From an uncultured Spirochaetota bacterium (GTDB taxonomy: Bacteria > Spirochaetota > Brevinematia > Brevinematales > JAOACQ01): a stretch of DNA of 64,000 nucleotides. A model generated the notes under the pieces. The model saw nothing but the letters and a program-made list of their open reading frames with translations, made no database searches and was not told the DNA's origin. A program made the translations under genes and the position numbers. The stretch lies in NCBI GenBank assembly GCA_963783575.1, contig CAWAOD010000014.1, positions 384,001-448,000 of the forward strand, given 5' to 3'. Shown here one piece after another: positions 42,811 through 53,388 of the stretch. The stretch's first letter is position 1. Each line of letters begins with the position of its first letter.

Positions 42811-43248
42811 ATGAAAAATTTAATAAAAACATTTATTTTATTCTTTGTTATTTATGTACCTGCCTACTCTTCCGATATCAGGATCGAAACTATAGGATTT
42901 ATGAGCGGCCAGAATATTTATATAACTTATCTGGCGCTTGGTTTTTTATATGACAGTTATGAAAAAGGTGTATATGATGCCGGCTTTACTTCTTTAATGG
43001 TAAAAGAAATAAATGCATCTTGTAAAAAATCCAAAATTAATACACAGGATCTTCTCGATAAGAAAGTTTTAACCGGCAACGATGAAGATTATGGGAAAAA
43101 CATAATAGACACATACGATACTTTAATGTCCGAGGCAAATTCAATAAACAGTGTTATTGAATCCGGTAATTCCGATACAGTCAAACAGTTTGAAAGGAAT
43201 AAAAGCAAAACCTGGGATAAAATACAAACTCTATTAAATATAGAATAA
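42811..43248 (+). CDS. Hypothetical exported protein
   Basis: GGGGAG RBS and a signal peptide ending AYS. Confidence 0.65.
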   Translation: MKNLIKTFILFFVIYVPAYSSDIRIETIGFMSGQNIYITYLALGFLYDSYEKGVYDAGFTSLMVKEINASCKKSKINTQDLLDKKVLTGNDEDYGKNIIDTYDTLMSEANSINSVIESGNSDTVKQFERNKSKTWDKIQTLLNIE

Positions 43249-43277
43249 TACCGCTTTTGTAAAATGGGGGTTTCATA

Positions 43278-44225
43278 ATGAAATTGAGCCAATGGCTGGA
43301 TAATAAGCTTCAGAAAATATCTTTGAAAATTGTAGAAATTAATGAAAAATACTTTTTTCCTGATAATACTATAGGGTTTGAAGGCAAAGAATCCGTTTAC
43401 CGTCTGATAGAACTTTTTAGAGAAGCAATATTTCCCGGAGTTTACGATAAACATCATATAGACAGATACCGAATGAATATATTCATAGGCAATCTTTTAA
43501 GAGAAGCCGCCCTTAACCTTTCTTACCTTATTGAGAAAGTTCTGGAGCACCAGTGTAAAAATAAAGACTGCAAAACATGTGATTTTAAGGAAACTGCAAA
43601 TGAGATCACGATAGAATTGATCAATGAATTTCCTTTGATAAGGGAAATTCTTCAAACCGATATTATAGCTGCCTATAACGGTGATCCTGCCGCGAAATTC
43701 AATGAAGAAATTATACTTAGTTACCCGTCAATCGAGGCATTAAGCATATACAGGATTGCACACTTTCTTTATGAAAAGGACGTCCCGCTTATACCCAGAA
43801 TTATGACAGAACACGCCCATCAAAAGACCGGTATCGATATTCATCCGGGGGCTAAAATCGGAAAATATTTTTTCATAGATCATGGTACGGGCGTGGTAAT
43901 CGGTGAAACAGCTCGAATCGGCAATAATGTAAAAATTTATCAAGGGGTAACTTTAGGCGCGAAAAGTTTTCCCCTGGATGAGTTCGGCAACCCGATTAAG
44001 GACCTGAAGCGCCATCCGGATATTGATGATAATGTGGTTATTTATTCCGGTGCTACAATTCTTGGGGGAGATACAAGGATCGGGCATAATTCCACCATAG
44101 GCGGCAATGTATGGCTTACACATTCAGTACCGCCAAATTCGATGGTTTATAATTCACAGCCTTCGCCGATTGTAAAAACCAAGAATAATAAAGATAATTA
44201 TGGGGATTTCGATTATAATATTTGA
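43278..44225 (+). CDS. cysE: Serine O-acetyltransferase
   Basis: Motifs GDPAA, TGIDIHPGA, IDHGTGVVIGET and KRHP. Confidence 0.92.
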   Translation: MKLSQWLDNKLQKISLKIVEINEKYFFPDNTIGFEGKESVYRLIELFREAIFPGVYDKHHIDRYRMNIFIGNLLREAALNLSYLIEKVLEHQCKNKDCKTCDFKETANEITIELINEFPLIREILQTDIIAAYNGDPAAKFNEEIILSYPSIEALSIYRIAHFLYEKDVPLIPRIMTEHAHQKTGIDIHPGAKIGKYFFIDHGTGVVIGETARIGNNVKIYQGVTLGAKSFPLDEFGNPIKDLKRHPDIDDNVVIYSGATILGGDTRIGHNSTIGGNVWLTHSVPPNSMVYNSQPSPIVKTKNNKDNYGDFDYNI

Positions 44226-44260
44226 AAAAAGATTAGATATTATAATTTATTAGGAATCAA

Positions 44261-44929
44261 TTAATAAAGTGCGAATATTTCACTTGTAAACATTTCCAGT
44301 TTTTTTTCATCAAGTTTACCGTTTGTCCTAAGTCCGCTGCATATGTCAAGTCCGAATGGACGGACTTCCTCAATAGCTTCTATAACATTATCGGGATTTA
44401 AACCACCTGCCAAATATATAGGTATATTAAGCTTCTCCCGAATTTCCTTACTTATTTTCCAGTCATGAACTCTTCCCGTACCGCCCAATTCTTTTACTTT
44501 AGTATTTTGGTTCCCTGAATCAAGTAATATTGCATCAACATACGCTGAAACTTTGACTGCTTCAAATACGGATTCTTTTCCGCGGACATGAACAACCTGA
44601 ACTATGGAAATTCCCAGCATAGCGTCTTTAAGTTCCGCATAGCTTCCTTCTAAAAGGCTGTCGCATATCTGGATAGTATTAGCACGGCAGTATTTCTGAT
44701 CCTTAATTATTGACTCAGCATCCCGTTTACTGGTTAACAGAAAAGTTGACACTCCTGCCGGTATTTCTTTAATAATCTTCCTTATCAAATTAAGGGAAAT
44801 CACGCCGGGACCGCTGGGCATTTCAGAAACAAAACCCAGGGCATCTGCACCGTATCGGATAGCCATCCGGGCTTCTTCTATATTCTCAATACAGCAAATC
44901 TTTATCCGCGGTCTAAAACTTTTTTCCAT
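44261..44929 (-). CDS. trpF: Phosphoribosylanthranilate isomerase family protein (stand-alone)
   Basis: Motifs IKICC, LLDS, GGTGRVHDW and LAGGLNPDNV. Confidence 0.88.
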   Translation of the reverse strand: MEKSFRPRIKICCIENIEEARMAIRYGADALGFVSEMPSGPGVISLNLIRKIIKEIPAGVSTFLLTSKRDAESIIKDQKYCRANTIQICDSLLEGSYAELKDAMLGISIVQVVHVRGKESVFEAVKVSAYVDAILLDSGNQNTKVKELGGTGRVHDWKISKEIREKLNIPIYLAGGLNPDNVIEAIEEVRPFGLDICSGLRTNGKLDEKKLEMFTSEIFALY

Positions 44930-44948
44930 ATTTAATTTCCGTCCCTAA

Positions 44949-46262
44949 TTATAGCGAGTATACATCCCTTCTATCAACTACTCTTTTTGCCTTTCCCAGG
45001 CTTCTTTCAATTGTTCTGGGTTCAACAAGTTTCAATTTAACCTTAATTCCAAGGACTGCATAAAGTTTGTTTACTATTCTGTTTTCCAGTTCTACAATTT
45101 TTTTCATTTCATCAAAGAATATTGAATCAACAGCTTCAACCCTTATTTCAAGAGAGTCAATATTATGCTGCCTATCAACAACAATCTGATAGTGCGGAGC
45201 AACACCTTCAATCTCAAGAAGCACTTCCTCAATTTGAGAAGGAAATACATTTACACCGCGGACAATAAGCATGTCATCGGTTCTGCCCATTATTTTCATA
45301 ATTCTTGCCGTTGTTCTGCCACAGGAACAAGGTTCTTCATTAATAACGGACAAATCCTTGGTTCTATAACGGAGAAGCGGCAGGGCTTCTTTATCCAGAG
45401 GAGTAATGATTAATTCCCCTTTTTCACCTTCATCTAACCATTCTCCTGTTTTAGGGTCTATCACTTCAATTATAAAAGAGTCTTCATTTATATGCATCCC
45501 TTTCTTTTCAAGACACTCGCCTGATATGCCGGGGCCGATAACTTCCGACATACCGTAATTATCCGTTGCCGTAAGTTTAAAACCCCTTTCAAGCTCATTT
45601 CTGATCGATTCACTCCATGGCTCGGCTCCGAATAAGCCGAATTTCAGTTTGAGGTCTTTTTCAGGTTTTATATTCATCTCTTTCATCATATCAAGAATGT
45701 GAAGGGCATATGATGGCGTCCCAACAAGAACAGAAGCTCCAAAATCCTTTAAAAGCTGAAGCTGGCGCTGAGTATTCCCGCTTGATACCGGTATAACCGC
45801 CGCACCAATTTTTTCAAGCCCGTAATGAAGCCCGAAACCCCCGGTAAATAAACCATATCCGAAAGAAATATGCGCGATATCATTCTTTGTTGCCCCTCCT
45901 GCTGAAGCAATACGTGCAACCATCTCACTCCACCACTCAAGGTCTTTTCTGGTGTATCCTACAACAGTGGGCCTTCCGGTAGTACCGCTCGACGCATGTA
46001 TTCTCACTATGTCAGACATTGGAACCGCAAAAAGACCATAAGGATAATTATTCCTCAAATCATCCTTTGTAGTAAAAGGAAGCTTTTTTAAATCCTCAAT
46101 TTTTCTGATATCGCCGGGACTGATCCCGAAATCGTCCAACTTATCTCTGTAAAATTTTACATTATCATATATGTAATAAATCATTTTCTTTAATTTTTCC
46201 AGTTGAATTTCTTTTATTTTTTTCCTGGGCATTGTTTCGATTTCCTTGTTCCAGATTGGCAT
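44949..46262 (-). CDS. paaK: Phenylacetate--CoA ligase family protein
   Basis: Motifs [24 protein letters not shown] and [18 protein letters not shown]. Confidence 0.92.
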   Translation of the reverse strand: MPIWNKEIETMPRKKIKEIQLEKLKKMIYYIYDNVKFYRDKLDDFGISPGDIRKIEDLKKLPFTTKDDLRNNYPYGLFAVPMSDIVRIHASSGTTGRPTVVGYTRKDLEWWSEMVARIASAGGATKNDIAHISFGYGLFTGGFGLHYGLEKIGAAVIPVSSGNTQRQLQLLKDFGASVLVGTPSYALHILDMMKEMNIKPEKDLKLKFGLFGAEPWSESIRNELERGFKLTATDNYGMSEVIGPGISGECLEKKGMHINEDSFIIEVIDPKTGEWLDEGEKGELIITPLDKEALPLLRYRTKDLSVINEEPCSCGRTTARIMKIMGRTDDMLIVRGVNVFPSQIEEVLLEIEGVAPHYQIVVDRQHNIDSLEIRVEAVDSIFFDEMKKIVELENRIVNKLYAVLGIKVKLKLVEPRTIERSLGKAKRVVDRRDVYSL

Positions 46263-46593
46263 ATAAACTCCTGAATATTATTATAAGCGATTATAGTTTT
46301 ATGGATTGCTTAATAAAGGCAATTAATAATAAATAATATTTTACTATAATTTTAGCGGGCATATTAGCTGAATTTCTAGAATTGCCCTGGTTTTTAGACA
46401 TAAAAAAATTATTAAATTGAAAACTAAATTTTTGATAAGACTTTATTTTATTATAAGATTGGATTTCTATCAAATATAAAGTGAAAACCTAAATTTTGAT
46501 CGGATTTTGCAATATGGCAATTAAATAACGTGGCTTAATAATTGTTTTCTTATTAATAAACAATTTGAGAATTAAATCTTGTAATACAATAAA

Positions 46594-46899
46594 TTATTTT
46601 ATTTTTGCGATCATTTCTTTTTCTTTTTTTAAAAGCTGGGCCAGTTTTTCAATCGTGGCCGAATTACCCCTGGAAGTCATCAAAAACAGAAGTTCTTTGA
46701 GATTGTAATCATTAATAACATATTTGGATGAATTATTTTCCTTTTTTTCGCTATTATTTTCGGCAGTTTCTTTCTCAATTGCTTCTTTTTTTACAGCTTC
46801 CTTCTCAACATTGAGTTCCTGGGTAAGACGTTTTTCCGCAAGGCTGGCAATTTGCTGTTCCTGATTTATCAGGCCCGGACTTAAACCATTGATAATCAT
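46594..46899 (-). CDS. Hypothetical protein
   Basis: 101-aa charged ORF with a strong AAGGAGG RBS. Confidence 0.65.
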   Translation of the reverse strand: MIINGLSPGLINQEQQIASLAEKRLTQELNVEKEAVKKEAIEKETAENNSEKKENNSSKYVINDYNLKELLFLMTSRGNSATIEKLAQLLKKEKEMIAKIK

Positions 46900-47034
46900 A
46901 AATTCCCTCCTTGGAATTTAATCATAATAATTTGATTCCGTCATCCATTACGAAATATTTTTATTATTATGTATATATACTATCGATTATTTTTATTATT
47001 ATCTTTATTTTTTTCAAAAATTTATTTTCAATAC

Positions 47035-47691
47035 TTATTTTTTTTCAAAATTTTCAATGTTTTGATTTGTAATTTTTCGAATTATTCCGCTTAAATCTAT
47101 TTTGTTATTATAACAATAAGTTAAAAGACTCTCGATGAAATTCACTGTATCATTTTGATTATCATTATCAAAGAATTTGTTAAATAATCCGATGAGCTCT
47201 TTATTTTTAAGCTCATTAATTTCTTTACCAGACAATTTTATTTTATCCATTATTTTAAAGTATCTTTGAACTTCGGGCAGACCTTTCGGAATTCCGTCAA
47301 AAGGGGTTTTTCTTTTTAAGTTTTTACTTTCGGTAAGTTTTATTGATTCCCAGTTTTCAATAATCGTATCCACACCGTCAACTTTAAGGCCGGCAAATAC
47401 ATGAGGGTGTCTTCTGATAAGTTTATCGGAAATTTTCTTTATTACATTTTCAATAGTCAGCTTATTTTCCTGCTCGGCAATATATGATATAAATAAAATT
47501 AAAAACAAAAGATCGCCTAATTCTTCTTCAAGATCATCAATTTGATTATTATCTATAGCATCAATAACCTCATAGGTTTCTTCTATTATATCAGGAGCAA
47601 GTGTTTCGATTGTCTGTTCCCTGTCCCATGGACATCCATTATCACCTCTAAGAGTTTTAATAATATTAAGAAGCCTCTGAAATTGTTCCAT
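47035..47691 (-). CDS. mazG: Nucleoside triphosphate pyrophosphohydrolase (second domain degenerate)
   Basis: Motifs GCPWDREQT, EETYE, EELGDLL and KLIRRHPHVF. Confidence 0.9.
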   Translation of the reverse strand: MEQFQRLLNIIKTLRGDNGCPWDREQTIETLAPDIIEETYEVIDAIDNNQIDDLEEELGDLLFLILFISYIAEQENKLTIENVIKKISDKLIRRHPHVFAGLKVDGVDTIIENWESIKLTESKNLKRKTPFDGIPKGLPEVQRYFKIMDKIKLSGKEINELKNKELIGLFNKFFDNDNQNDTVNFIESLLTYCYNNKIDLSGIIRKITNQNIENFEKK

Positions 47692-47709
47692 TTTAACACC
47701 TGCTTATAA

Positions 47710-48261
47710 TTATTTAAGATCAGAATCAATTTTAGATTTTAATTTAATCTGTTTTTTACCCTGAGTACTATTTTCCGACAGATAATTTTTCCGGAATTCC
47801 TGTTTAACTTTATGAAGTATACCATTGATATAATTTGAAGTATTTTCTTCGCAGTATTTTTCCGATAATTCATTAGCTTCCGAAATGGCTACTTCAATCG
47901 GAACATCATACTGATATAATAATGAATAAATGGAAATTCTTAAAATCGCCTTATCCATAGCATGCAAACGGTCGAATTCCCAGTTGACAAGATGTTTCTT
48001 TATGATTGTATCGATCCTGGCAAGATTACCTACCGCACCATTTATTATCTGGCCTGTAAAATGATATATATCTGATTTTATAGACAAAGGAATGTAGAAT
48101 AAATTGCCGTCTTCATTTCCAAATTTATAAATTTCATCATACCATTTAAAATCAAGAATATCATTCAATAAAGAATTGTTAGCATCATACATATATATGG
48201 AAATTACAGCCAGTTCTCTGCCGAGTTCGCGAACACCCCTTGACTGTTTATATTCAGACAT
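47710..48261 (-). CDS. nusB: Transcription antitermination factor
   Basis: NWEFDRL..MDKAILR and YINGIL; follows ribH. Confidence 0.92.
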   Translation of the reverse strand: MSEYKQSRGVRELGRELAVISIYMYDANNSLLNDILDFKWYDEIYKFGNEDGNLFYIPLSIKSDIYHFTGQIINGAVGNLARIDTIIKKHLVNWEFDRLHAMDKAILRISIYSLLYQYDVPIEVAISEANELSEKYCEENTSNYINGILHKVKQEFRKNYLSENSTQGKKQIKLKSKIDSDLK

Positions 48262-48273
48262 TAGTGTTTTCCT

Positions 48274-48744
48274 TTAACTTTTTATCTGGGAATAAAGGCT
48301 CGCCATTTCAACTGCCGAAACAATTGCATCATATCCTTTATTGCCGCTTTTGGTTCCAGCCCTGTCAATTGCCTGTTCCATATCATCAGCTGTTATAAGT
48401 CCATATATAACAGGAATAAAACCCTCTGCCGATAATTCCATAATTGATTTGGAAGAATTGGAAGCAACATATTCAAAATGAGGAGTCTGCCCGCGGATAA
48501 TCACACCAAGACAGACTAAAGCATCGTATTTTTTTGAATCCATTAATTTTCTTGCCACCCCAGCAATTTCATAACTGCCTGGGACCTTAAAAATATCAAG
48601 ATCATTTAAATCACCGTCAAGTTGAAGATAAGCGTTTTTCGCGCCATCTAAAAGCTTGTCGCCAATAAACGAGTTGAATTTACTCAGTATGACGGCTATT
48701 TTAATACCCCTGGCATTCAATTTACCCTCGAATAAATTCATCAT
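48274..48744 (-). CDS. ribH: 6,7-dimethyl-8-ribityllumazine synthase
   Basis: Motifs VPGSYEI, IRGQTPHF and RAGTKSGNKG. Confidence 0.96.
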   Translation of the reverse strand: MMNLFEGKLNARGIKIAVILSKFNSFIGDKLLDGAKNAYLQLDGDLNDLDIFKVPGSYEIAGVARKLMDSKKYDALVCLGVIIRGQTPHFEYVASNSSKSIMELSAEGFIPVIYGLITADDMEQAIDRAGTKSGNKGYDAIVSAVEMASLYSQIKS

Positions 48745-49774
48745 ATGCTCCTTTATAATTATTATCCTGGATTTTTACCGGTATTTCACCTTTTGTAATT
48801 TTTTCAATTATTAATTTATGAAATATTTCTTGAATCCGGTCATCTTTCAGCTTATTTTCTATTAAAGGACGGGCTTTTTCAAAACTGATTGTTTTTGGCG
48901 GTTGTCTGTCTATTAATTTAATAATCAAAATTGTATTTTTTCCATTTTTCTTTAAAGGGACAACCTGAGGACCGAATACAACACCGTTAGTCATAGTTAT
49001 TGAACTTAATGTGTTTAACTGGATTTTTTCCATTGTAGATATACCAATAACCTCTTCTGGATAACCCATATAATATAGATCATAAACCGATTTAAGCCCG
49101 GTTCTTCCGGAGTAGGATTCAAACTTGACGTTTTTATATTTTAGAAGTATTGAATCAATATCATTTGTTGATTTCAATAAAGTTGAAATTTCGGTAAATG
49201 TATTCTCGAACTTCTCCAGATTGTTTAAACTAAGATTTGTCGGCTGTACTGCCGCGATAACAATTATATCAATCATAGCAGGATCTATCATTGCATTTGA
49301 ATTTTTTGTATAATACTCTCTTGAATCATTTTCAGGAATGTCTGCATTTACTTTTTCTTTGACTTCCTGATCATAATACATCATTGCCCTTACGATCTGC
49401 TGTTTTTTAATCTGAGCTCTATACTGATCCGGAAAATCCTGGAATAACTTTCTCCTTATTTCAACTCCAGGATCTTTTGAATTTGTTATGTTTGTAACTG
49501 AATTAATAATATTTTCAAGTTCCTGAGGCTGTAAAATGATTTTTTTATTGTTATCAGATAAGTAGAAAAGGCTGTAAATTGATATAAGTTCTTTAAATGC
49601 GAAATTAGTATCATTATTCAACTTTCCGGTGTTTTCCTTGTCAAAATCAGACATCAGTTTAATATCATAAGAGGTTATTGCGTAATTACCTATACTTGCA
49701 GCAATGGAATAAACTGCTTTTCCATAGCTTAATGCTGATAAACCCAGTAGTAATATCAGTGTACAACGAATCAT
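48722..49774 (-). CDS. Exported SurA/PpiC-like chaperone (divergent)
   Basis: Signal peptide; IAASIGNYAITSYDI N-terminus; SFEKARPLIENKL C-terminus. Confidence 0.55.
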   Translation of the reverse strand: MIRCTLILLLGLSALSYGKAVYSIAASIGNYAITSYDIKLMSDFDKENTGKLNNDTNFAFKELISIYSLFYLSDNNKKIILQPQELENIINSVTNITNSKDPGVEIRRKLFQDFPDQYRAQIKKQQIVRAMMYYDQEVKEKVNADIPENDSREYYTKNSNAMIDPAMIDIIVIAAVQPTNLSLNNLEKFENTFTEISTLLKSTNDIDSILLKYKNVKFESYSGRTGLKSVYDLYYMGYPEEVIGISTMEKIQLNTLSSITMTNGVVFGPQVVPLKKNGKNTILIIKLIDRQPPKTISFEKARPLIENKLKDDRIQEIFHKLIIEKITKGEIPVKIQDNNYKGAYDEFIRG

Positions 49775-49864
49775 AATATATCTCCCGATTAAAATCAATC
49801 AATCTTGAAATGTTAATTAAATTATTATGAATAAAATAAGTTAAATAGTAAAGTCTTTAAAGAT

Positions 49865-51442
49865 TTATTTATCTTTTTCATTTTCTATTTTCATCAATAT
49901 ATAATTCATACTGTCAACAAGAGCATGCCAGCTTGCTTCGATTATATTTTCCGATACTCCGACAGTTCCCCATTCATAGCCATCGAAACGGAATAAAATC
50001 AAGACCCTTGTTTGAGCTGCCGTTCCGGCTTTCGGATTCAAAATCCTCACTTTATAATCGATCAATTTTACGCTTTTCACAACCGGATAAAATACGGACA
50101 AAGCATTCTTCAGGGCAATATCAAGGGCATTTACGGGGCCATCTCCCTCCGATACTGTTAATTCCTCGAGCTCTCCTACGCGTATTTTAACCGTCGCTTC
50201 AATAACGGGTAAAATACCTTCTTTAACATAAGTAAATGTTTTAAATGATTCAACACTAAACCTGTCTTTAAATAAACCTGTAATTTTCTTAACCAGGATT
50301 TCAAATGATGCATCGGCTCCTTCGAATTCATAGCCCATATTTTCCATTTCTTTAATTTGCTCAACAAGTTGAGGAATAAACTGTTTATCAATTTCAAGAC
50401 CAAGTTCCCTTGTTTTTTCCAGGATATTCGATTTACCAGCCTGATCAGAAATCAATATTCTTCTTTTGTTCCCGACTAGTTCAGGATTTATGTGTTCATA
50501 AGTTTTGTTATTTTTTTCCATAGCGTCGACATGAACTCCTGCTTTATGGGTAAAAGCACTGGTCCCCGTATATGGCTGGTGGGCATCGGGAATTAAATTA
50601 GCCATCTCGTATATATAATGGGATAGTTCAAGCAATTTCTGCATTTTCTTTTTATCTATATAGTTAAATTTATATCCCATTTTAAACATCAAATTCGGTA
50701 AAATTGAACATAGATTGGCGTTGCCGCACCTTTCACCGATGCCGTTGATCGTGCCCTGGATATGAACTGCTCCATTTCTTACTGCCTCAATGCTGTTTGC
50801 AACGGCGCAATCGCTGTCATTATGAGTATGAATACCGATTTTAGATTTGATTTCACTGCGAATAGCTCCCATTATTTCTCCAATATTTTGAGGCAGCATT
50901 CCGCCGTTTGTATCGCATAGAACTATTGTATCAGCCCCTGCTTTTTCAGCTTTTCGTATAACCTTAAGAGCATAATCCGGATTTGCTATATAACCGTCAA
51001 AAAAATGTTCGGCATCAAAAATTACTTCTTTATTTTTTGATTTTAAATAAGCAAGGGAATCATAAATCAATTCAAGATTACTTTCGAGTGAAATATTAAA
51101 AACATCAATTACGTGCAGATCCCATGATTTTCCGAAAATTGTTACAACAGGAGTATCAGCAAGGATCAACTCTTTAATATTTACATCCTCACTCACTTTA
51201 TTCTTCGCATGCCTTGTTCTTCCGAAAGCAGTAGTTTTTGCATTCATCATTTCAATTTTCTTCAGTTCTTCAAAGAAACTTTTATCTTTCGGGTTAGACC
51301 CAGGCCATCCGCATTCAACATAATCAACCCCGAAACTATCCAGTTTTTTTGCAATAGAAATCATATCCTGGATGGAAAAATTAATCCCTTCCGACTGTTT
51401 TCCGTCTCTTAATGTCGTGTCATATACCAATAATTTTTCCAT
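49865..51442 (-). CDS. cimA: Citramalate synthase
   Basis: Motifs YDTTLRDG, GWPGSNPKD, FGKSWDLHV, FDAEHFFDG and HTHND. Confidence 0.93.
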   Translation of the reverse strand: MEKLLVYDTTLRDGKQSEGINFSIQDMISIAKKLDSFGVDYVECGWPGSNPKDKSFFEELKKIEMMNAKTTAFGRTRHAKNKVSEDVNIKELILADTPVVTIFGKSWDLHVIDVFNISLESNLELIYDSLAYLKSKNKEVIFDAEHFFDGYIANPDYALKVIRKAEKAGADTIVLCDTNGGMLPQNIGEIMGAIRSEIKSKIGIHTHNDSDCAVANSIEAVRNGAVHIQGTINGIGERCGNANLCSILPNLMFKMGYKFNYIDKKKMQKLLELSHYIYEMANLIPDAHQPYTGTSAFTHKAGVHVDAMEKNNKTYEHINPELVGNKRRILISDQAGKSNILEKTRELGLEIDKQFIPQLVEQIKEMENMGYEFEGADASFEILVKKITGLFKDRFSVESFKTFTYVKEGILPVIEATVKIRVGELEELTVSEGDGPVNALDIALKNALSVFYPVVKSVKLIDYKVRILNPKAGTAAQTRVLILFRFDGYEWGTVGVSENIIEASWHALVDSMNYILMKIENEKDK

Positions 51443-51615
51443 AACACACCTCCAAATATATGCAGTAAAATAAGTTAGAAAATAGTTTATTTCATTGTTT
51501 ATTATCGAACCATTAATTAAGCAGACTGGATTTTATAACTCAATTTCATGTCAATAGATATGCTTTAAAATACAAATCTGGCTTTTCTATATTAACATCT
51601 TAATTTTCTTATTAT

Positions 51616-51639
51616 TATACTTGATTTTTATCAAGTATA
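51616..51639. promoter_or_regulatory. Perfect 10-bp inverted repeat (operator or terminator)
   Basis: tatacttgat-tttt-atcaagtata between the ECF operon and cimA. Confidence 0.4.
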
Positions 51640-51780
51640 GCTTGAAAAAGGTTTATAAAAACATTAATTGAAATTCCATAAATAGTATAATTTGAAACTC
51701 TATTAGTGTCAAGGTAATAAATGATTACTAAGGTTAATAATCAGGAAGTCCGGAAAACAAAATGTCTTTTTCAATAATAT

Positions 51781-52515
51781 TTATCTTAAATTGTGCTCCG
51801 TTAGAAATTTTTCATCTTGAAGTATCAGTATAGATTTTCCAGTACGGATAATGTTATGTGATTCCGAAAGAACTAAAGTCTTTTCAAAAATACCTTCGAT
51901 ATATTCAAATTCGTGAGTAGCACAAATTATTGTCTTACCGGATTTATTAAGATCTATAATTAGGTCTTTCATAAATCTCTTTATCCTGGGATCTAGCCCA
52001 TTCATTGGCTCATCTAGAGTGAGAACCTCAGGATTAAGCGCTAAAACTGAAGCAATTGCCACCTTCTTTTTCTCACCCTCACTAAGGTGATAGGGTTCCC
52101 GGTGTTTCAAATGCTCTATACCAAGCATACCAAGGCAATCCTGTACTCGGCTGTTTACAGCTTCCTCTGTAAAACCCATCTGCCTTGGGCCGAACGCAAT
52201 CTCCTCATAAACATTCTGACAAAAAAGCTGAGCATCGGAATTCTGAAATACAAAACCTATACTTTTATGAAATTTTTTGGAAAAATACTTGTCGCTTAAT
52301 TTTTGTAAATTAATAATCTCCCCATTGAAAAAATATTCGCCAGAATCGGGAAGTATGATGCCGTTTATCAGTTTTAACAGGCTTGATTTTCCGCTCCCGT
52401 TCGGACCGATTATAGCGACGGATTCTCCTCCGGCAATACTCAGGTTTAAATTTATCAGAGCGGAATTATTCCTGTAGCCGTAATTAATATTTTTCAGTTC
52501 GATAATATTATTCAT
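51781..52515 (-). CDS. cbiO: ECF Ni/Co transporter ATPase (NikO/CbiO)
   Basis: Motifs GPNGSGKS, VFQN, LSEGEKK and LDEP. Confidence 0.9.
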   Translation of the reverse strand: MNNIIELKNINYGYRNNSALINLNLSIAGGESVAIIGPNGSGKSSLLKLINGIILPDSGEYFFNGEIINLQKLSDKYFSKKFHKSIGFVFQNSDAQLFCQNVYEEIAFGPRQMGFTEEAVNSRVQDCLGMLGIEHLKHREPYHLSEGEKKKVAIASVLALNPEVLTLDEPMNGLDPRIKRFMKDLIIDLNKSGKTIICATHEFEYIEGIFEKTLVLSESHNIIRTGKSILILQDEKFLTEHNLR

Positions 52516-52534
52516 TTGCTTCCCTAACCCATTT

Positions 52535-53323
52535 TCAAAAACAAAAAAATGAAGCAATCAGCAGGCAGTTTGCGCCAAAATATATACAATCTTCAGGTTT
52601 TATATGATATTTCCAAGAGGGAAGGTAACGCCCGTTAAAACCTCTGCATTCCATTGCGGAATACGTCAACTCAGCCATTTCTTTTGACTTAAGGAACAAC
52701 ACCCCCATAAGGTTTGCCAGCGATTGGTGTTTTTTGTCATTTTTTCCGATTGATCTTAACCGTATTGAGTAAAGCATGTTGATTGAAAATTCCCCCAGTA
52801 TGAAAATATATTTTATAGTTATATCAAGTACAAGTATTAGAACATCCGGTATTTTGATAAATTTTAAGGAACGTGTGAGATGGCTCCATTTGGTAGAATT
52901 TGCAAGAATATTTACGGCTGTAATATTACCGATAATTTTTAATAAAAGAATCGTGGTATTGTGAAGGTTTCCCATAAGTGCTGAGGGAAGAAGGATCAAT
53001 GAAGCAAAAATTCCCGCTACAATTATTAAGACCGCGGTTCTTTTAATATCTCTCCATTCAAGCATTCCCAATATGAGAATAATGTATGAATCGCAAAGCA
53101 GTATGAACTGAAAACTCTGTGAAAGCGATAATATTATAATTAATATAAAAGTAAAAATAAATTTCAGTGTTGCGTCTATGCGGTAGAATACACCGTTTTC
53201 CGTTTTGCCGGCCCACCGGATACCGGACAGCATACTCAGAATAGAGAGGATGCTTTTATCAATAAATACATCCCTGTCTTTCCGGGGATAATATTCATCC
53301 TTCTTTGTAAGCCAATCGGTCAC
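52535..53323 (-). CDS. cbiQ: ECF Ni/Co transporter T component (NikQ/CbiQ)
   Basis: Hydrophobic protein with LRS and AMECRGF motifs. Confidence 0.88.
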   Translation of the reverse strand: MTDWLTKKDEYYPRKDRDVFIDKSILSILSMLSGIRWAGKTENGVFYRIDATLKFIFTFILIIILSLSQSFQFILLCDSYIILILGMLEWRDIKRTAVLIIVAGIFASLILLPSALMGNLHNTTILLLKIIGNITAVNILANSTKWSHLTRSLKFIKIPDVLILVLDITIKYIFILGEFSINMLYSIRLRSIGKNDKKHQSLANLMGVLFLKSKEMAELTYSAMECRGFNGRYLPSWKYHIKPEDCIYFGANCLLIASFFCF

Positions 53324-53344
53324 ATTCCCTCCGTTTTTATAGTT

Positions 53345-53380
53345 AAAACACTACTGCTGTAAAACCCGCAAGAGTGTTTT
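53345..53380. terminator. Hairpin between nikMN and nikQ
   Basis: aaaacact ... agtgtttt. Confidence 0.45.
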
Positions 53381-53388
53381 GTGATTTT

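Noticed and set aside
44261..44929. Stand-alone trpF acting as a Chlamydia-like GTP cyclohydrolase substitute
   Set aside because: A canonical folE is present, and nothing in the sequence links this trpF to the fol genes.
46291..46473. 60-aa minus-strand ORF upstream of paaK
   Set aside because: It lies in AT-rich intergenic DNA with no RBS or recognisable motif and is probably spurious.
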